Shown piece by piece: positions 12,330 to 24,749 of a DNA stretch of 64,000 nt. The stretch spans positions 81,902,001 to 81,966,000 of the forward strand of contig NC_043001.1 in assembly GCF_006345805.1 (NCBI RefSeq), written 5' to 3'. The translations under genes and the position numbers were made by a program. Each line of letters starts with the position of its first letter. Within the stretch, counting starts at the first letter, position 1. The DNA is from Octopus sinensis. Taxonomy: Eukaryota. The notes beneath the pieces are model-generated. The model ran no database searches, was not told where the DNA came from, and saw only the letters and a program-made list of their open reading frames with translations.

Positions 12330-13135
12330 TTAGAACTCCCAATCTTGTTCATTGGGGCTGGAGGTCATCTCAGGTTACTGGTCTTAGAGGTATTAGCATG
12401 CATAGAGCCGAACAGGCCCACCAGTGCACCTCACTGCTGGTGATCCCATGTCAACTCCTTTACATCCGCTGAGATGACATGGAGCCTCTGGAGATCTTCT
12501 TTAATTACATCCAACCATTTGGTGTGGGGCCTGCCATGGGGCCTGGGTCATCTCAGGTTACTGGTCTTAGAGGTATTAGCATGCATAGAGCCAAACAGGC
12601 CCACCAGTGCACCTCACTGCTGGTGATCCCATGTCAACTCCTTTACATCCACTGAGATGACATGGAGCCTCTGGAGATCTTCTTTAATTACATCCAACCA
12701 TTTGGTGTGGGGCCTGCCATGGGGCCTGGGTCATCTCAGGTTACTGGTCTTAGAGGTATTAGCATGCATAGAGCCAAACAGGCCCACCAGTGCACCTCAC
12801 TGCTGGTGATCCCATGTCAACTCCTTTACATCCGCTGAGATGACATGGAGCCTCTGGAGATCTTCTTTAATTACATCCAACCATTTGGTGTGGGGCCTGC
12901 CATGGGGCCTGGGTCATCTCAGGTTACTGGTCTTAGAGGTATTAGCATGCATAGAGCCAAACAGGCCCACCAGTGCACCTCACTGCTGGTGATCCCATGT
13001 CAACTCCTTTACATCCGCTGAGATGACATGGAGCCTCTGGAGATCTTCTTTAATTACATCCAGCCATTTGGTGTGGGGCCTGCCATGGGGCCTCTTCCAG
13101 CCTGCAGCTGCTGCATCAACCTGAACGTGGCTCGA
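12330..13135 (-). mobile_element. RTE LINE 3' end, amplified into a tandem array
   Basis: WKRPHGRPHTKWLDVIKEDLQ...WDHQQ* is the typical RTE C-terminal GRP..W.D.I.ED motif. Confidence 0.8.
12363..13093. repeat. Tandem repeat, 4 x 183 bp, near-identical
   Basis: Units start GGTCATCTCAGG at 12363, 12546, 12729 and 12912, with only a few substitutions among them. Confidence 0.97.
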
Positions 13136-13435
13136 TCCCTTTACAGTTAAAGAAATTTAAGGCCAAAACACTTGCCTGAGGTAGGGAATGGCTTTTTATC
13201 TGAAACCCTTCTGCTGTTTAGCTCTCTTGAGAGTTCTAACAACAGAAGACACTTCAAATTGCAGCTTGTACTCCACAGCAGAAGTGTACTCAAGAAAACC
13301 TGTGCTCAACAACAGAAATGTTAAGGATGGTCCCCCAACACTCCCGGTAAAGCCGGTTGGCCTGCAAGCGTCCTGTGCCAGTGCCACATAAAAAGCACTT
13401 GTGTGGTACACATACACACACAATATATATTTATA

Positions 13436-13585
13436 ATCAAGAGTACAAGTACCAGCGTTGCTAGAAATAAGAGTCGAAATATACTCAAATAAGATACAAT
13501 ATCACTAAAATTTACAGTGATATTGTGGTTTATTTGAGTATTTTCCGATTCTTATTTCTAGCAACACTGGAACTTGTACCCTGAT
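13436..13585. mobile_element. Hairpin MITE, copy 2 (complete ~150-bp fold-back)
   Basis: Two ~70-bp arms complementary around AAAATTTAC; nested in a family-D repeat. Confidence 0.72.
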
Positions 13586-14420
13586 TATATATATATAGTG
13601 TGTGTGCATCCAGCACACTCGGTAAAGTGGTTGGTGTTAGGAAGAGCATCCAGCCCAAATCAGACTGGAGTCTGGTGCAGCTCTCCAGGTTTCCAGTTCT
13701 GGCCAAACCATCCAACCCATGCAAGCATGGACAATGGATGTATGATGATGATAATGATGATACTGATGATGATATATATTATTTTTCTTGAACCCTAAAA
13801 CTCATAGGATCACTTAAGGAGCAATCCGTCAGTTACGACGACAAGGGTCTCAGCTGATACGATCAATGGAACAGCTTGCTCGTGAAATTAACATGCAAGT
13901 GGCTGAGCACGCCACAGACACGTGTACCCCTAATGTAGTTCTCAGGGAGATTTAGCGTGACACAGTGTGACATTACCGGCTCTTTGAAATACAGTTACAA
14001 CTCATTTTTACCAGCTGAGTGGACTGGAGCAACGAGAAATAAAGCGTCTTGCTCAAGGACACAACGCGTCGCCAGGAATTGAACTCACGACCTTACAATT
14101 GTGAGCCGAATGCCCTAACCACTAAGCCACGCACCTTCACTTTATTTTACAGAACATGAAGGTATGAAAGGCAAACACTGACCCTGGTGTGATTTGAACT
14201 CAGAACATAATGAGCCAGAAGAAATTATGCTAAACATTTTGTCTGATGTACCAATGATTCTGCTAACTTGGCTTGCTGCCTTAAAACCATGTCATACAGT
14301 CTTGAGACTAAGAGTTCATTGTGACCTGTATAATGTATAACAGTTGGTCACATCGGGATTGGATACAAAAATAATAGGAGTGAATAAATATAATGAAATA
14401 AATGATTTTGTATCAATTAA

Positions 14421-15250
14421 CCCTTTAGCATTTAAACTGGCCATAACCAGCCCAAATATTCTATGTATTTAATGCTAAACTGACCAGATCCAACCACTCA
14501 CACCTCTTCTACAAGGTCTTTTGAAAAATACTCTTTTACTTGTTTCAGTTATTTGACTGTGGCTATGCTGGAGCACCGCCTTTAGTCGAGCAAATCGACC
14601 CCCAGTACTTATTCTTTGGAATCCTAGAACTTATTTTATCGGTCACTTTTTCCGAACCGCTAAGTTACAGAGATATAAACACACCAGCATTGGTTGTCAA
14701 GCGATGTTGGGGGTACAAACACAGACACACAAACATATACATACACATACATATATATAGATATATACAACAGGCTTCTTTCAGTTTCTGTCTACCAAGT
14801 CCATTCACAAGGCTTTGGATGGCCTGGGGCTATAGTAGAAGATACTTGCCCAAGATTCCACACAGTGGGACTGAACCCAGAACCATGTGGTTGGTAAGCA
14901 AGCTACTTACCACACAGCCACTCCTACGCCTATACAATAACATCATCAAAATCTTGAAGCTACAAGATAATGCAGAATTAATTCAAAACAATGTGAATAA
15001 ATAAGCATTATATTTCACAAAGAAATCTGAATGCTAAACTGTTAAACTGGTTATATCAATCCCAAATATGCTACCCCATTCATGTTCTGACCAGCCAGAC
15101 CCAGCCTATCACATTTACCCTTAGCTTTCATAAAATATACAATCACATCATCAAAATTTCGAAGCTGCAAAACAATGCAAGATTAATCAAAAACATTATG
15201 AATGAAAAAGCATTATGGTTTGACAGAATAACCTGAATTCTAAAGACTTA
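14421..15250. mobile_element. Same piggyBac-like family, opposite orientation, split by a SINE
   Basis: TTAACCCTTTAGCATTTAAACTGGCC start; internal units are reverse complements of those at 4.7-5.3 kb. Confidence 0.5.
14532..14930 (-). mobile_element. SINE family A
   Basis: Full family A body. Confidence 0.8.
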
Positions 15251-15771
15251 AGCTGAGTCAAGTGGGTTATAAAATTTGGCTCTCAAGGTTGTAAATGCTT
15301 TGTAATGAGCCCATCCTACAATTAGATTCTTAAGGTGACAGCTTATGCTCAATAAAATAATTATAAGGTAATTAAATTCTCATCCATTTGGCCATACTGT
15401 GCTCAAGTGTCTGGATGTATGTGTACACATCATCATTGTTGTTTTAATGTCCACTTCCCCACGCTTGTATCTGCCTCAAAAAAAATTTGAATTTTGTTGG
15501 AACAGATTTTCTTTGGTTGGATGCACTTCCTGTTGCCAACCCTAAACTGTTACCAAGTTATAATATATATTTTGCCATGATCAGACAATGTTTTCACAGA
15601 AGACTGCTTGCATGATGGTGGTGCTTGTTTACAACTATCATGTGATGTTAAGGTGAGGAGAACATGCACAGGCAAGCACACACAGGCTTCTTATTCACTT
15701 TTAGTCTACCAAAAACCTTGTGTGTCCCATATGTTTTCTGCTAGTGTTAACCTTAGTATATACTCTTAACT

Positions 15772-16170
15772 CTTTTACTCATTTACTTGTTTCAGTCATT
15801 TGACTGCGGCCATGCTGGAGCACCGCCTTTAGTCGAGCAAATCGATCCCAGGATTTATTCTTTGTAAGCCTAGTACTTATTCTATCGGTCTCTTTTGCTG
15901 AAGCGCTAAGTTACGGGGATGTAAACAAATCAGCATTGGTTGTCAAGCGATGGGGTGGGGAAACAAACACAAACGCACACACACACACACACACACACAT
16001 ACATAAATACGATAGGCTTCTTTCAGTTTCTGTCTACCAAATCCACTCACAAGGCTTTGGTCGGCCTGAGGCTATAGTAAAAGACACTTGACCAAGGTGC
16101 CACACAGCGGGACTGAACCTGGAACCATGTGGCTGGTAAGTAAACTAATTACCACACAGCCAACCCCGCA
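15772..16170 (-). mobile_element. SINE family A
   Basis: Full family A body. Confidence 0.8.
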
Positions 16171-16221
16171 AGCTTTATGATTAGGAATCAAGCTGGTAAC
16201 CTACACAGCCACGCTTATGCC

Positions 16222-16432
16222 TGGCCAAAAGTTTGGAACAATAGGTCTTTAATTTGCAACATATCATTACTTGGCCAAATTTTTGGAACATAGTGTTGAA
16301 ATTTTTTTCTTCTAGATATTGGAATCATTAGATCAGTTAGTAGGTAAGTAGATCTCTATGTTGTATATATTTGAATCAAATTGTACTCGGGTGTAACTTT
16401 TATTTTTAAAAAATGTTCCAAACTTTTGGCCA
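16222..16432. mobile_element. Tc1-like MITE
   Basis: Perfect 19-bp inverted repeat TGGCCAAAAGTTTGGAACA (16222-16240 / 16414-16432). Confidence 0.6.
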
Positions 16433-17621
16433 CAAATGTCTGTATGTTATCTTGTAAACAACATTAAAATAAGGAAATAATCAGATTACAATGAGCAGAG
16501 AACAAACTCATTGACATGAGAAGGTAGCCCCCCCCCCCACCCGCCGCCTGATGAAAAGTAAAACACAAGGAAGAAACAATGTCACCCATGCGGAGACAAG
16601 GGATGGGGTTTTCAATGCCGTATCTCATCATAAATTGCTAGGTTACACTAGTGAATCCCATCATCACAGCGTCTGGTCTGTAGGGTTTGTTGATCTTTTC
16701 CGGGGTCCCAAATTGGTGTTTACACAGATTAAGTACATCACCAAAGAGAGTGCATCTAGTCAAACAATACACAAAAGAGGAAAGGCATAAGGACACACAG
16801 ACAACCAGTCTCCCTTCCTTCCACTGTTCTATTCTACGTTCACCACCACAACTACCAACACCATCAAAACTAACAACAGCAAGGACTACGACGACCACCA
16901 CCACTTCAAAGCCATTCCTAACACACCCTACACCATATCGATATAATTAAAATGGTGGTGGAGGTGGTGTGGAGGCAATGTAAGGGTTTTTTAATAGGCT
17001 GGATGGAGCCAGGAGTGACTGCTCTAAGGACTTTACCAACCATATCATAAACACTTTGCCCATCACACACAACGATCTTCCCTCTCCCTGTTCAAGAGAA
17101 GGTTTATAAGAGAGTAGCTGGCTCTTTCAACAGTTCTCTCTCTCTCTCTCTCTGTCACTGTATCTAAGAACAGAGAAGGCAGACTGGTGAAAGAAAAGAG
17201 AGGGGGATGCAGAGCAGTGAATTAGTCACATCAGTCTAGGTGACTGATTGACTGACCATAATGGAGCCGGATCAACTGACAGAACTGACAGACAGGACAG
17301 ACAACGGTGGGGGTATAGTGGTGATGGAGGTGATTGTGAGTGACAAACACACACATTCTTACATACATACGTACATACACATTGATGACACACACAGATA
17401 TAGCAAGAGAATAATAATGAAATGCTACATTGCAAATGAGCTTCTAAAGAAAGACCGGTGGTAATGGAGATCGGTGGGGTTGCTTGTATTCATACCTCTG
17501 TCCCACTTGCAAATATGTACACACATACACGCATACACACACACCTTAAACTGGTTCAACTCAAAATATATATAATCACACACAGGTGTTTACAAATATA
17601 TGCATAAGCTCGGTAACAATC

Positions 17622-17657
<36 letters not shown>

Positions 17658-17789
17658 TCCAGTTTTCAGAGATAAAGTTAACAGAAAAAAACTACAAATA
17701 TATCTCACACACTCACACGATGTCTGCTCCACTTCAGACTCACCAACATGACAATGGTAGTGACGATGGTGGCGGTGATAACGGTTAAG

Positions 17790-17975
17790 GTATTTAGCCG
17801 TTACGTTCTGAGTTCAAATTCCACCGAGGTCGACTTTGCCTTTCATCCTTTCGGGGTCGATAAATTAAGTACCAGTTACGCACTGGGATCGATGTAATCG
17901 ACTTAATCCCTTTGTCTGTCCTTGTTTGTCTCCTCTGTGTTTAGCCCCTTCTGGGTAGTAAAGAAATAGGTATTT
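17790..17975 (+). mobile_element. SINE family B, 5'-truncated
   Basis: Family B body bounded by GGTATTTAG direct repeats. Confidence 0.75.
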
Positions 17976-18265
17976 AGAGTGAAGTTGTTACTGGCAGAAA
18001 ATGGTAGTTGCTTATTGCTGTTTGGCTCCAGATGACAGCGTAAACATATGACCAAAGGCATTCCATCTGTAACCATTTCGTCCGGTGTGTGTGTGTGTGT
18101 GTCGGTGTTTGTCTCACACCACCGTTTGACACCCGGTGTTGGTTTGCTTACGTCCTCGTAACTTAGTTCAGGGAAAAGAGACCGATAAAAATAAGTACTG
18201 GGGTTAATTCATTCGACTAAAACTTCAAGACGGTGCCCCAGAATGACCGCAGACTAATAACTGAA

Positions 18266-18308
<43 letters not shown>

Positions 18309-19504
18309 CACAAACACACAGGTGTTTACATAAATATATATATGTAAAAAAAATACAAACTGGGACAAGAACGCAAAACATTTAGAAGACGATACAAAAA
18401 ACACGGACGGGACATTCGAAGCTTTCAATCTTCCGTCAAGAACCGGATCATCCTCGCAATTTCCACAGATTAATCTTGAGATTGCTCCGATCTGGCCAGC
18501 CCCAAAGGAAAATCTAAGCCAATAAATCTCTGAGCGATATATGTATACAGGAGAGTGTATTTTATAACATGTATCCTATGTATTACAGGATAACATGTTT
18601 GGCCATGGCCATTGATATATTCATAAATAATTACTAATTGTTTATGATATAACGTCAGTAATGTATTTATTATCTTACTTTTTAATTGTGTGTGTGTGTG
18701 TGTGTGTGCAGAGAATGCAGAACCATATTCATTATCCGTGCGTGTTTCCTTTCTTCGAAGACTCTTCTTAGATGAAAGAATACAATATGAAGAGATTTAG
18801 CTGTTGTTTCTAGCAGATCGGACGATCACATTGTTGACTCACTTAGTTGACTCGTGGTTGCAGTGCGCGAAGAACGAGGGTGGTAGGGGTGGTATCAGGT
18901 GGTGATGATGATGATGGCGGCATTAGATGGTAATGGTAGAATGAGAGAGGAGGGAGGAAAACGTGGTGGTGGTGGTGTAGTGCCATGATGACGGAATCAG
19001 ATGACAGTGGCGGCGTCGGCTGTGGCGACGGCATCAGGTAGCAGACAGGTAAGAAAGAGAGAAGGTTAAGGTCACCTTTTATAATGAAACTATGTCAACA
19101 ATGCGAATAGAACAAGGTGTAGAACGAGTGGGGGTGGGGGTGAAGGTTTGAAAGGTAACTGAGAAGTTCAGAGAGGGTGACAGGAGGTGGGGTAGGTGGT
19201 AGTAATATACAGAAAAAGTGTATGGGATACGTCTCTCTAGTTACAGCTGCACCCCTTTATTTTCCTCCGGTAAATATGAGGTAGAGAATGTCAAATAACT
19301 TAGAAGACACTTCGACCACCACCCTGCTACAACCATCATATATTAATGTTGTCGGGTAGGAGGTAGGTTGGAGTATTGCAGTCTGGGGTATAAAAACAGA
19401 GACCGGGGACAAAGAAAAGGTATGTTGTAGCGGTAATTGTGGTATTGACAGTGGTGGTCGTGGTGGTGGATGCAGTTGCTGTCTAGTCTCAGGTCAGTCT
19501 AGAT

Positions 19505-20298
19505 GTGTCGCGGACAGCCTGCGGCCTGCTGGACTTTCTGAATGGCACGCCTAACGAAAAATCAACCATTGATCTTTTTTTTAGTAGTGCTGTCCACCCG
19601 ATGATGAGCCATGCCTCTCATGTGGCCCGCGGGACTTTCTGAAAAGCACGCTTAACTAAAAGTCAACCTTTTAGTTTTTTTTTAATAATGCAGCTCACCT
19701 GGAAATGAGCCATGTCGGAAAGACTTCCTCTTGTATCCCCCACCTCCATTTTCTCGCAAACTATTATTTTATTGTTTTATTTTTTTGCCAAAAACCCCAT
19801 GTTTTCGGATACGGAGATTCCGGAAAATTGCCAAAAGTCGGAAATTTTGAAATTTCCTCCCCGCCCCTTACACCCCCCACCAATTTCTTTATTTTTCACC
19901 TTTTCCGTAACCGTAAACCTAAAACCCCAACTCTAACCGTAAAACCCTAACCCTAAGTAGAAAAATTTTTTGAAATTTTTTTTCAGAATTATAATCTCCG
20001 TATTTTCCCGCATATTTTGAAAAAGAAAAAAAGAAAAAAAGAAAAAAAGAAAAAGAAAATTCTGGAAAAAAGTTAAAACTGAAAATTTTATGGTGGTTGG
20101 GTGGGGGTAATTTCAAAATGCCGACTTTTGCCAATTTTTTTTGCAGATTCGTATTTTCCGTAGCCGAAAACGGGGGGGGGGGGGAAAAAAATTAAATAAA
20201 AAAGGGCTGCTTTTTTTTTGGGGGGGGGGGGGTACAAAAAGAAGTCTTGCTGCCATGTCTCATGCGGCCCATTTCTCGAAAAAGGTTATCCATGTCTG
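19505..20298. mobile_element. hAT-Charlie MITE with perfect 8-bp TSD and a nested fold-back element
   Basis: GTCTAGAT at 19497-19504 and 20299-20306 (the NTCTAGAN Charlie target). Right end ...GGTTATCCATGTCTG; left end decayed. Confidence 0.72.
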
Positions 20299-20683
20299 GT
20301 CTAGATTGAGCAAAGACCTACAATCAAAAGCCTCACAACCGCGGCAAACTTGTAATTTAAAAAACTTTTTTATCAAACACTGTATCTTTTATTCTTTTAC
20401 GTGTTTCAGTCATTGGACTGCGGCCATGCTGGTGCCCCACTTTGAAGGGTTTACGTAAGAAGACAAACTAATCCACCCTTAATACCTCTGTATTAAGTCT
20501 GGTACTTAATCTATCGGTCTTATTTTTGCTTCTTATTGGTTTTCAAAAGTTGAGACGGGGAGGGCAAAACACAACGACACATGGAACACTGTATGTGTGT
20601 GTGTGTGTTTGATCATCATCATCATCTAATGTTCATGTTCCATGCTGGGGCATGGTTTGAACGGTTTGATAAGAATGAATGTA

Positions 20684-20915
20684 AGGCGGCGAACTGGCAG
20701 AAATGTTAGCACGCCGGGCGAAATGCTTAGCGGTATTTCGTCTGCTGCTACGTTCTGAGTTCAAATTCCGCCGAGGTCGACTTTGCCTTTCATCCTTTCA
20801 GGGTCGATAAATTAAGTACCAGTTACGCACTGGGGTCGATATAATCGACTTAATCCGTTTGTCTGTCCTTGTTTGTCCTCTCTGTGTTTAGCCCCTTGTG
20901 GGCAGTAAAGAAATA
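20684..20915 (+). mobile_element. SINE family B, full-length
   Basis: Near-consensus body. Confidence 0.8.
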
Positions 20916-21888
20916 CGGATTGAATGAGCTCAAGGATGGCGTCATGCATCAATGATTGCTTTGGCATGATTTCTACAAATGGATACCCTTCGTAATGCCA
21001 ACCACTTGACAGTAGGTGTGTTTTATTAAAAAAAAGAGAGAAGGTCAAGTGTACTTTCTGCTGGTACCTATCTAGAAATTAGTGAAAGAAGCCCACTAAG
21101 AGCTAACCAATGATGGTAAAAGTACACAAGATATACAGCAGTAATATTGGCGTGTCGACTATGAACCTTCTTCTCTAGTCATCCGCCGTTCTAGAAAATC
21201 AGCAAAATAAGCACTCAGTCATTCGTATCATGGAAGATGTCTGTGTTTTACAGAGCAAAACAGCAGGAATAGTCCAAATTTACCCAATATTCTTTGATTC
21301 TAGTTAGAGCTGAGAAGTTTTAATGGGGGGGGGGATGAAGGAAGAGGCAGAGAAGCAGAAAGAAACGGAGGGAGAAAGGAAGGAAGAAACTTTGAGTACA
21401 TCAAGTCTCAAACCAACAGTAACGAACGCTATAAACATTTGAGGACATGGAACCATAATTATTATTAGCATAAGTGCCAATAATTTGGTAACTTGGCTGT
21501 TTACTTCAAGACCTGCTTCAGATGTCCTTGCCAAATTTAAGCACTTCTGGTGAAAATAGACAAATTCGGTTCAGCATATTTTCGAGAATGGCAATTTAAA
21601 AATCTAAGTGTATTAGGTCAGAAAAGTGTGTGATAGAGTTGGTAGAAGGTTGTTGTTGTTGGTGGTGGTTGTGGTGGTGATGGGTGGGTGTTTGGAGTTC
21701 TTGGAATAAAACCAGGTCAGTGTTGGTGCCAATGAAATAGGAAAAAGATACTTGATTTAAAATTAAGGATTACAGGTTGTAGATGTTTTGAACTTTTGAA
21801 CATTCTAAAAAATTTATTTTTAACTTATAACCGTTCACTAGATGAGCAGTCTTCAAACTTTTTTTGCAACACGGACCAAGGGATCGCT

Positions 21889-21926
<38 letters not shown>

Positions 21927-22139
21927 CACACAAATACCACACACACACACGACGGGCTTCTTTCGGTTTCCGTCTACCAAATCCACCCACAAGGCTTTGG
22001 TCAGCTCGAGGTTATTGTAAGAAGACACTTGCCTAAGGTGCTAACAACACATTCAAATTATTATTATTATTATTACTATTTACTAATGTTTACAATTCAT
22101 TCACTTCTAGAAACTCCTCGTGTGTGTCCTCAACCCACC

Positions 22140-22830
22140 AAAAGCATTGCTTATTAAAACCAGCACGTGATCTAACCGAGAAATAACAAAGTGGACAATG
22201 GTGGTTTGCGGGATGACTGATGTTCTGTTGGTCTCTTTTCCTGTGTTCCCGTAACTGTTTTTTGATGCTGTACTTTTTGGGTTTCGAAACTTTGAAGTTG
22301 GAAAAAGCATTCTCTTCCCAGTCTGCACTGTCTCTCGCAAGACTCTCAAAATTTCCGTTCCTAATACTCAAACGTTTTAAATTATCTTTTAATTTGTCCT
22401 TACACAGTAAAAGTAGCCGGTCTACGTTGTAAATTTAGAAGCTGACCATAAAAGATTTGTTTTGGCATTCGACCACTTTTCATGCGAAAGATGTGTCCAC
22501 ATTGTCGCATCTGAGACTTGATCAACAAAGCCTCTATTTCGGATATTCCACACATTTTCAGGATAGTGCTATTTTTCAATCTATCATCCCACTCAACCTC
22601 ACAGATTTTACCTGAGACATCCCATATGAAAGTTGTTCAGCAGACTGGTGTACCTACAATAAGGTACACAGGTCTCTGTCGCATTTGAGACTTGATTAAG
22701 AAAGCCTCTATTTCGGATATTCCACACATTTCCAGGATAGTGCTATTCTTCAATTTATCAACCCACTCAACCTCACAGATTTTACCAGAGATCAGATTGG
22801 TGTACCTACGATATGGTACCCAGGTCTCTG
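22140..22830 (-). mobile_element. RTE (BovB-like) LINE 3' fragment with internal tandem duplication
   Basis: LLNNFHMGCL..EWDDRLKNSTILKMCGISEIEALLIKSQMRQCGHIFRM..MPKQIF; KDKLKDNLKRLSI..FESLARDSADW; HHCPLC..RSRAG. Confidence 0.82.
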
Positions 22831-22939
22831 TTCCATGTAAAAGAGTTTTTAGGGTAACTGATTTACGTCAGTTTTTGTAACCTCTCACCTTCCCCGAAGC
22901 CCAAAGAGTAAATAGTGCATCACTTCTTTTGGTTTTGCT

Positions 22940-23030
22940 CAAGTTAGGCTGCTTAAATGTGCGTGGCCTGGGATCGTTTTGAAAGCAAGGACGCTTTCTC
23001 AACGACTTCAGGTCAGTGGATTTGGATGTG
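22940..23030 (+). mobile_element. Tx1/L1 AP-endonuclease N-terminal remnant
   Basis: KLGCLNVRGLGSF*KQGRFLNDFRSVDLDV resembles the APE start motif (LNVRGL). Confidence 0.6.
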
Positions 23031-23467
23031 CAAAAATGGGTAAAAGCTGTACAAATGGTTTGAACGAATGGGCCTAACTTAGGTTTAAACTTCTAGGCTT
23101 CTTCTGCCTTAGCGATAAGGTTGTCTTGTGGCTTGTGGGGTTTCCACCACCAACTCCCCCCTTAAGGTACCATTGTTGTTTTATATGTTTACACGATTCT
23201 ATTCACGATCCCACCTTTTCTGCCTTGTATTGTCCCTCTGTATCGGGTTAAATTTTTGTACTTATTGTCCGTTGCAGGGTTATCCAGCGACGGCTACCTA
23301 GTTGTAACCGAATTCACAAGAGCAACGTGAAAATGAAGTGTTTTGCTCAAAAACACAACGGACCGCCGGCCTGGGAATCGAAACCACGATCTTGGGACTG
23401 TGTGCACAACACGTTAACCACAAAGCCACATACCTTCACAGTGTGTGTGTGTGTGTGTGTGTGTGTA

Positions 23468-23865
23468 GGCGCAGGCGTGGCTATGTGGTAAGAAGCTTGC
23501 TTCACAACCACACAAGATATACAGCAGTAATATTGGCGTCTCGACTATGAACCGTCTTCTCTAGTCATCCGCCGTTCTAGAAAATCTGCGTGACACCTTG
23601 GGAAAGCGTCGTCTACTACAGCCTCGGGTCGACCAAGGCCTTGTGAGTGGATTTGGTAGACGGAAACTGAACACATATGTGTGTGTGTACCCCGCCATCA
23701 TCATTTGACAACCGGTGTCGGTGTGTTTACGTCCCCATAACTTAACGGCTCGGCAAAGAAACCGATAGAATAAGTACTAAAATAAGTCCTGGGATCTAAT
23801 TGTTCGACCAAAAGCACTTCAAGGCGGTGCTTCAGAATGGCCGCAGTCAAATGTCTGAAGCAAGT
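23468..23865 (+). mobile_element. SINE family A with its B-box replaced by a 77-bp foreign insert
   Basis: Head and body match family A except 23510-23586. Confidence 0.8.
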
Positions 23866-24328
23866 AAAAAATACACTCCCACTCTCTTTCCCTCCCCAAT
23901 TCCAGGAAAGCTTTCCAACATTTATTACGAACACGCCTACTACTACCCTAACACACACTGAAACTAAAAGAAAGGATGAGGGGGGATATGTATTGGGGAG
24001 GGGAGTACAAAACCATAAACAAGAAAATCCTCTTCTCCCTCCTCACATAAACAAATATGACATCTGTTGAGAAGAAAAGGGGGGTTAAAGTCCATTGTTG
24101 CAATGAAAAAGGACTTAGATCTGACGAAGTAATGGCAGGAGGGTAGGATGTATTGTCCCTTTTTTGGGAGGGCGACAGGAGACGGATTTGACTGGGAAAA
24201 TAGTGGATAAACACGTATGGAGGTTGAGTGGAATAATGGTGGTGTTCGTATTTTTCAAGCCTGCCAAAGAAAAAAAATACTAAGTAAAAAAGTAATTGTC
24301 AACTAAGCTTTCAGAGGTAGTGGAGATA

Positions 24329-24385
<57 letters not shown>

Positions 24386-24516
24386 ATATATATATGTTGT
24401 GTGTGTGTGTGTGGCCGCAGAAACCCGCGATATAAATTTTCATATATTATCCAGAGAAATCCGCGGTGTACTGAGTGAGCGATAGGTGAACCGCGAAATG
24501 GCGAGAGATTGCTGTA

Positions 24517-24730
24517 TAGTAGAACCACGGTTTACAAACCCCTCTTATCACGAACGAGTTTTAGAACATAAAACATCTCTAGTGGCGAACGGTATCTCGA
24601 GTAACGAATGTACAAGCCGGAAATAACCCAGCTCAAATTCGCCGGGATTGTCCTAGTTTCGCCTAACGAACATTTAGGGTGACGAAGGGCCTTCAGGAAC
24701 GAATTAATTTCGTAAACCGAGGTCCCACTA
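24517..24730. mobile_element. pogo/Tigger-type MITE, abutting the right end of a second Tigger-like element (about 24410-24514)
   Basis: TIRs TAGTAGAACCACGGTTTACAAA / TTCGTAAACCGAGGTCCCACTA, flanked by TA. Confidence 0.65.
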
Positions 24731-24749
24731 TATAAAGTGTTATGGGTAA

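Noticed and set aside
12363-13093. CRISPR-like array
   Set aside because: No unique spacers; whole 183-bp units repeat and derive from an RTE in eukaryotic DNA.
16548-16595. Hammerhead ribozyme (CTGATGA...GAAAC...GTC)
   Set aside because: The segment between CTGATGA and GAAA cannot form stem II, and no stem I pairing is evident.
16551-16790. Complex-sequence ORFs on both strands as an exon
   Set aside because: No recognisable domain, and the minus-strand frames after the candidate acceptor terminate quickly.
18400-18450. Penelope-type minimal hammerhead on the minus strand
   Set aside because: GACGG/CCGTC can pair, but the catalytic core reads GGAAGA...GAAT rather than CTGANGA...GAAA.
19905-19957. 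Interstitial telomere
   Set aside because: Only a few degenerate CCCTAA units, lying inside a transposon-like fold-back.
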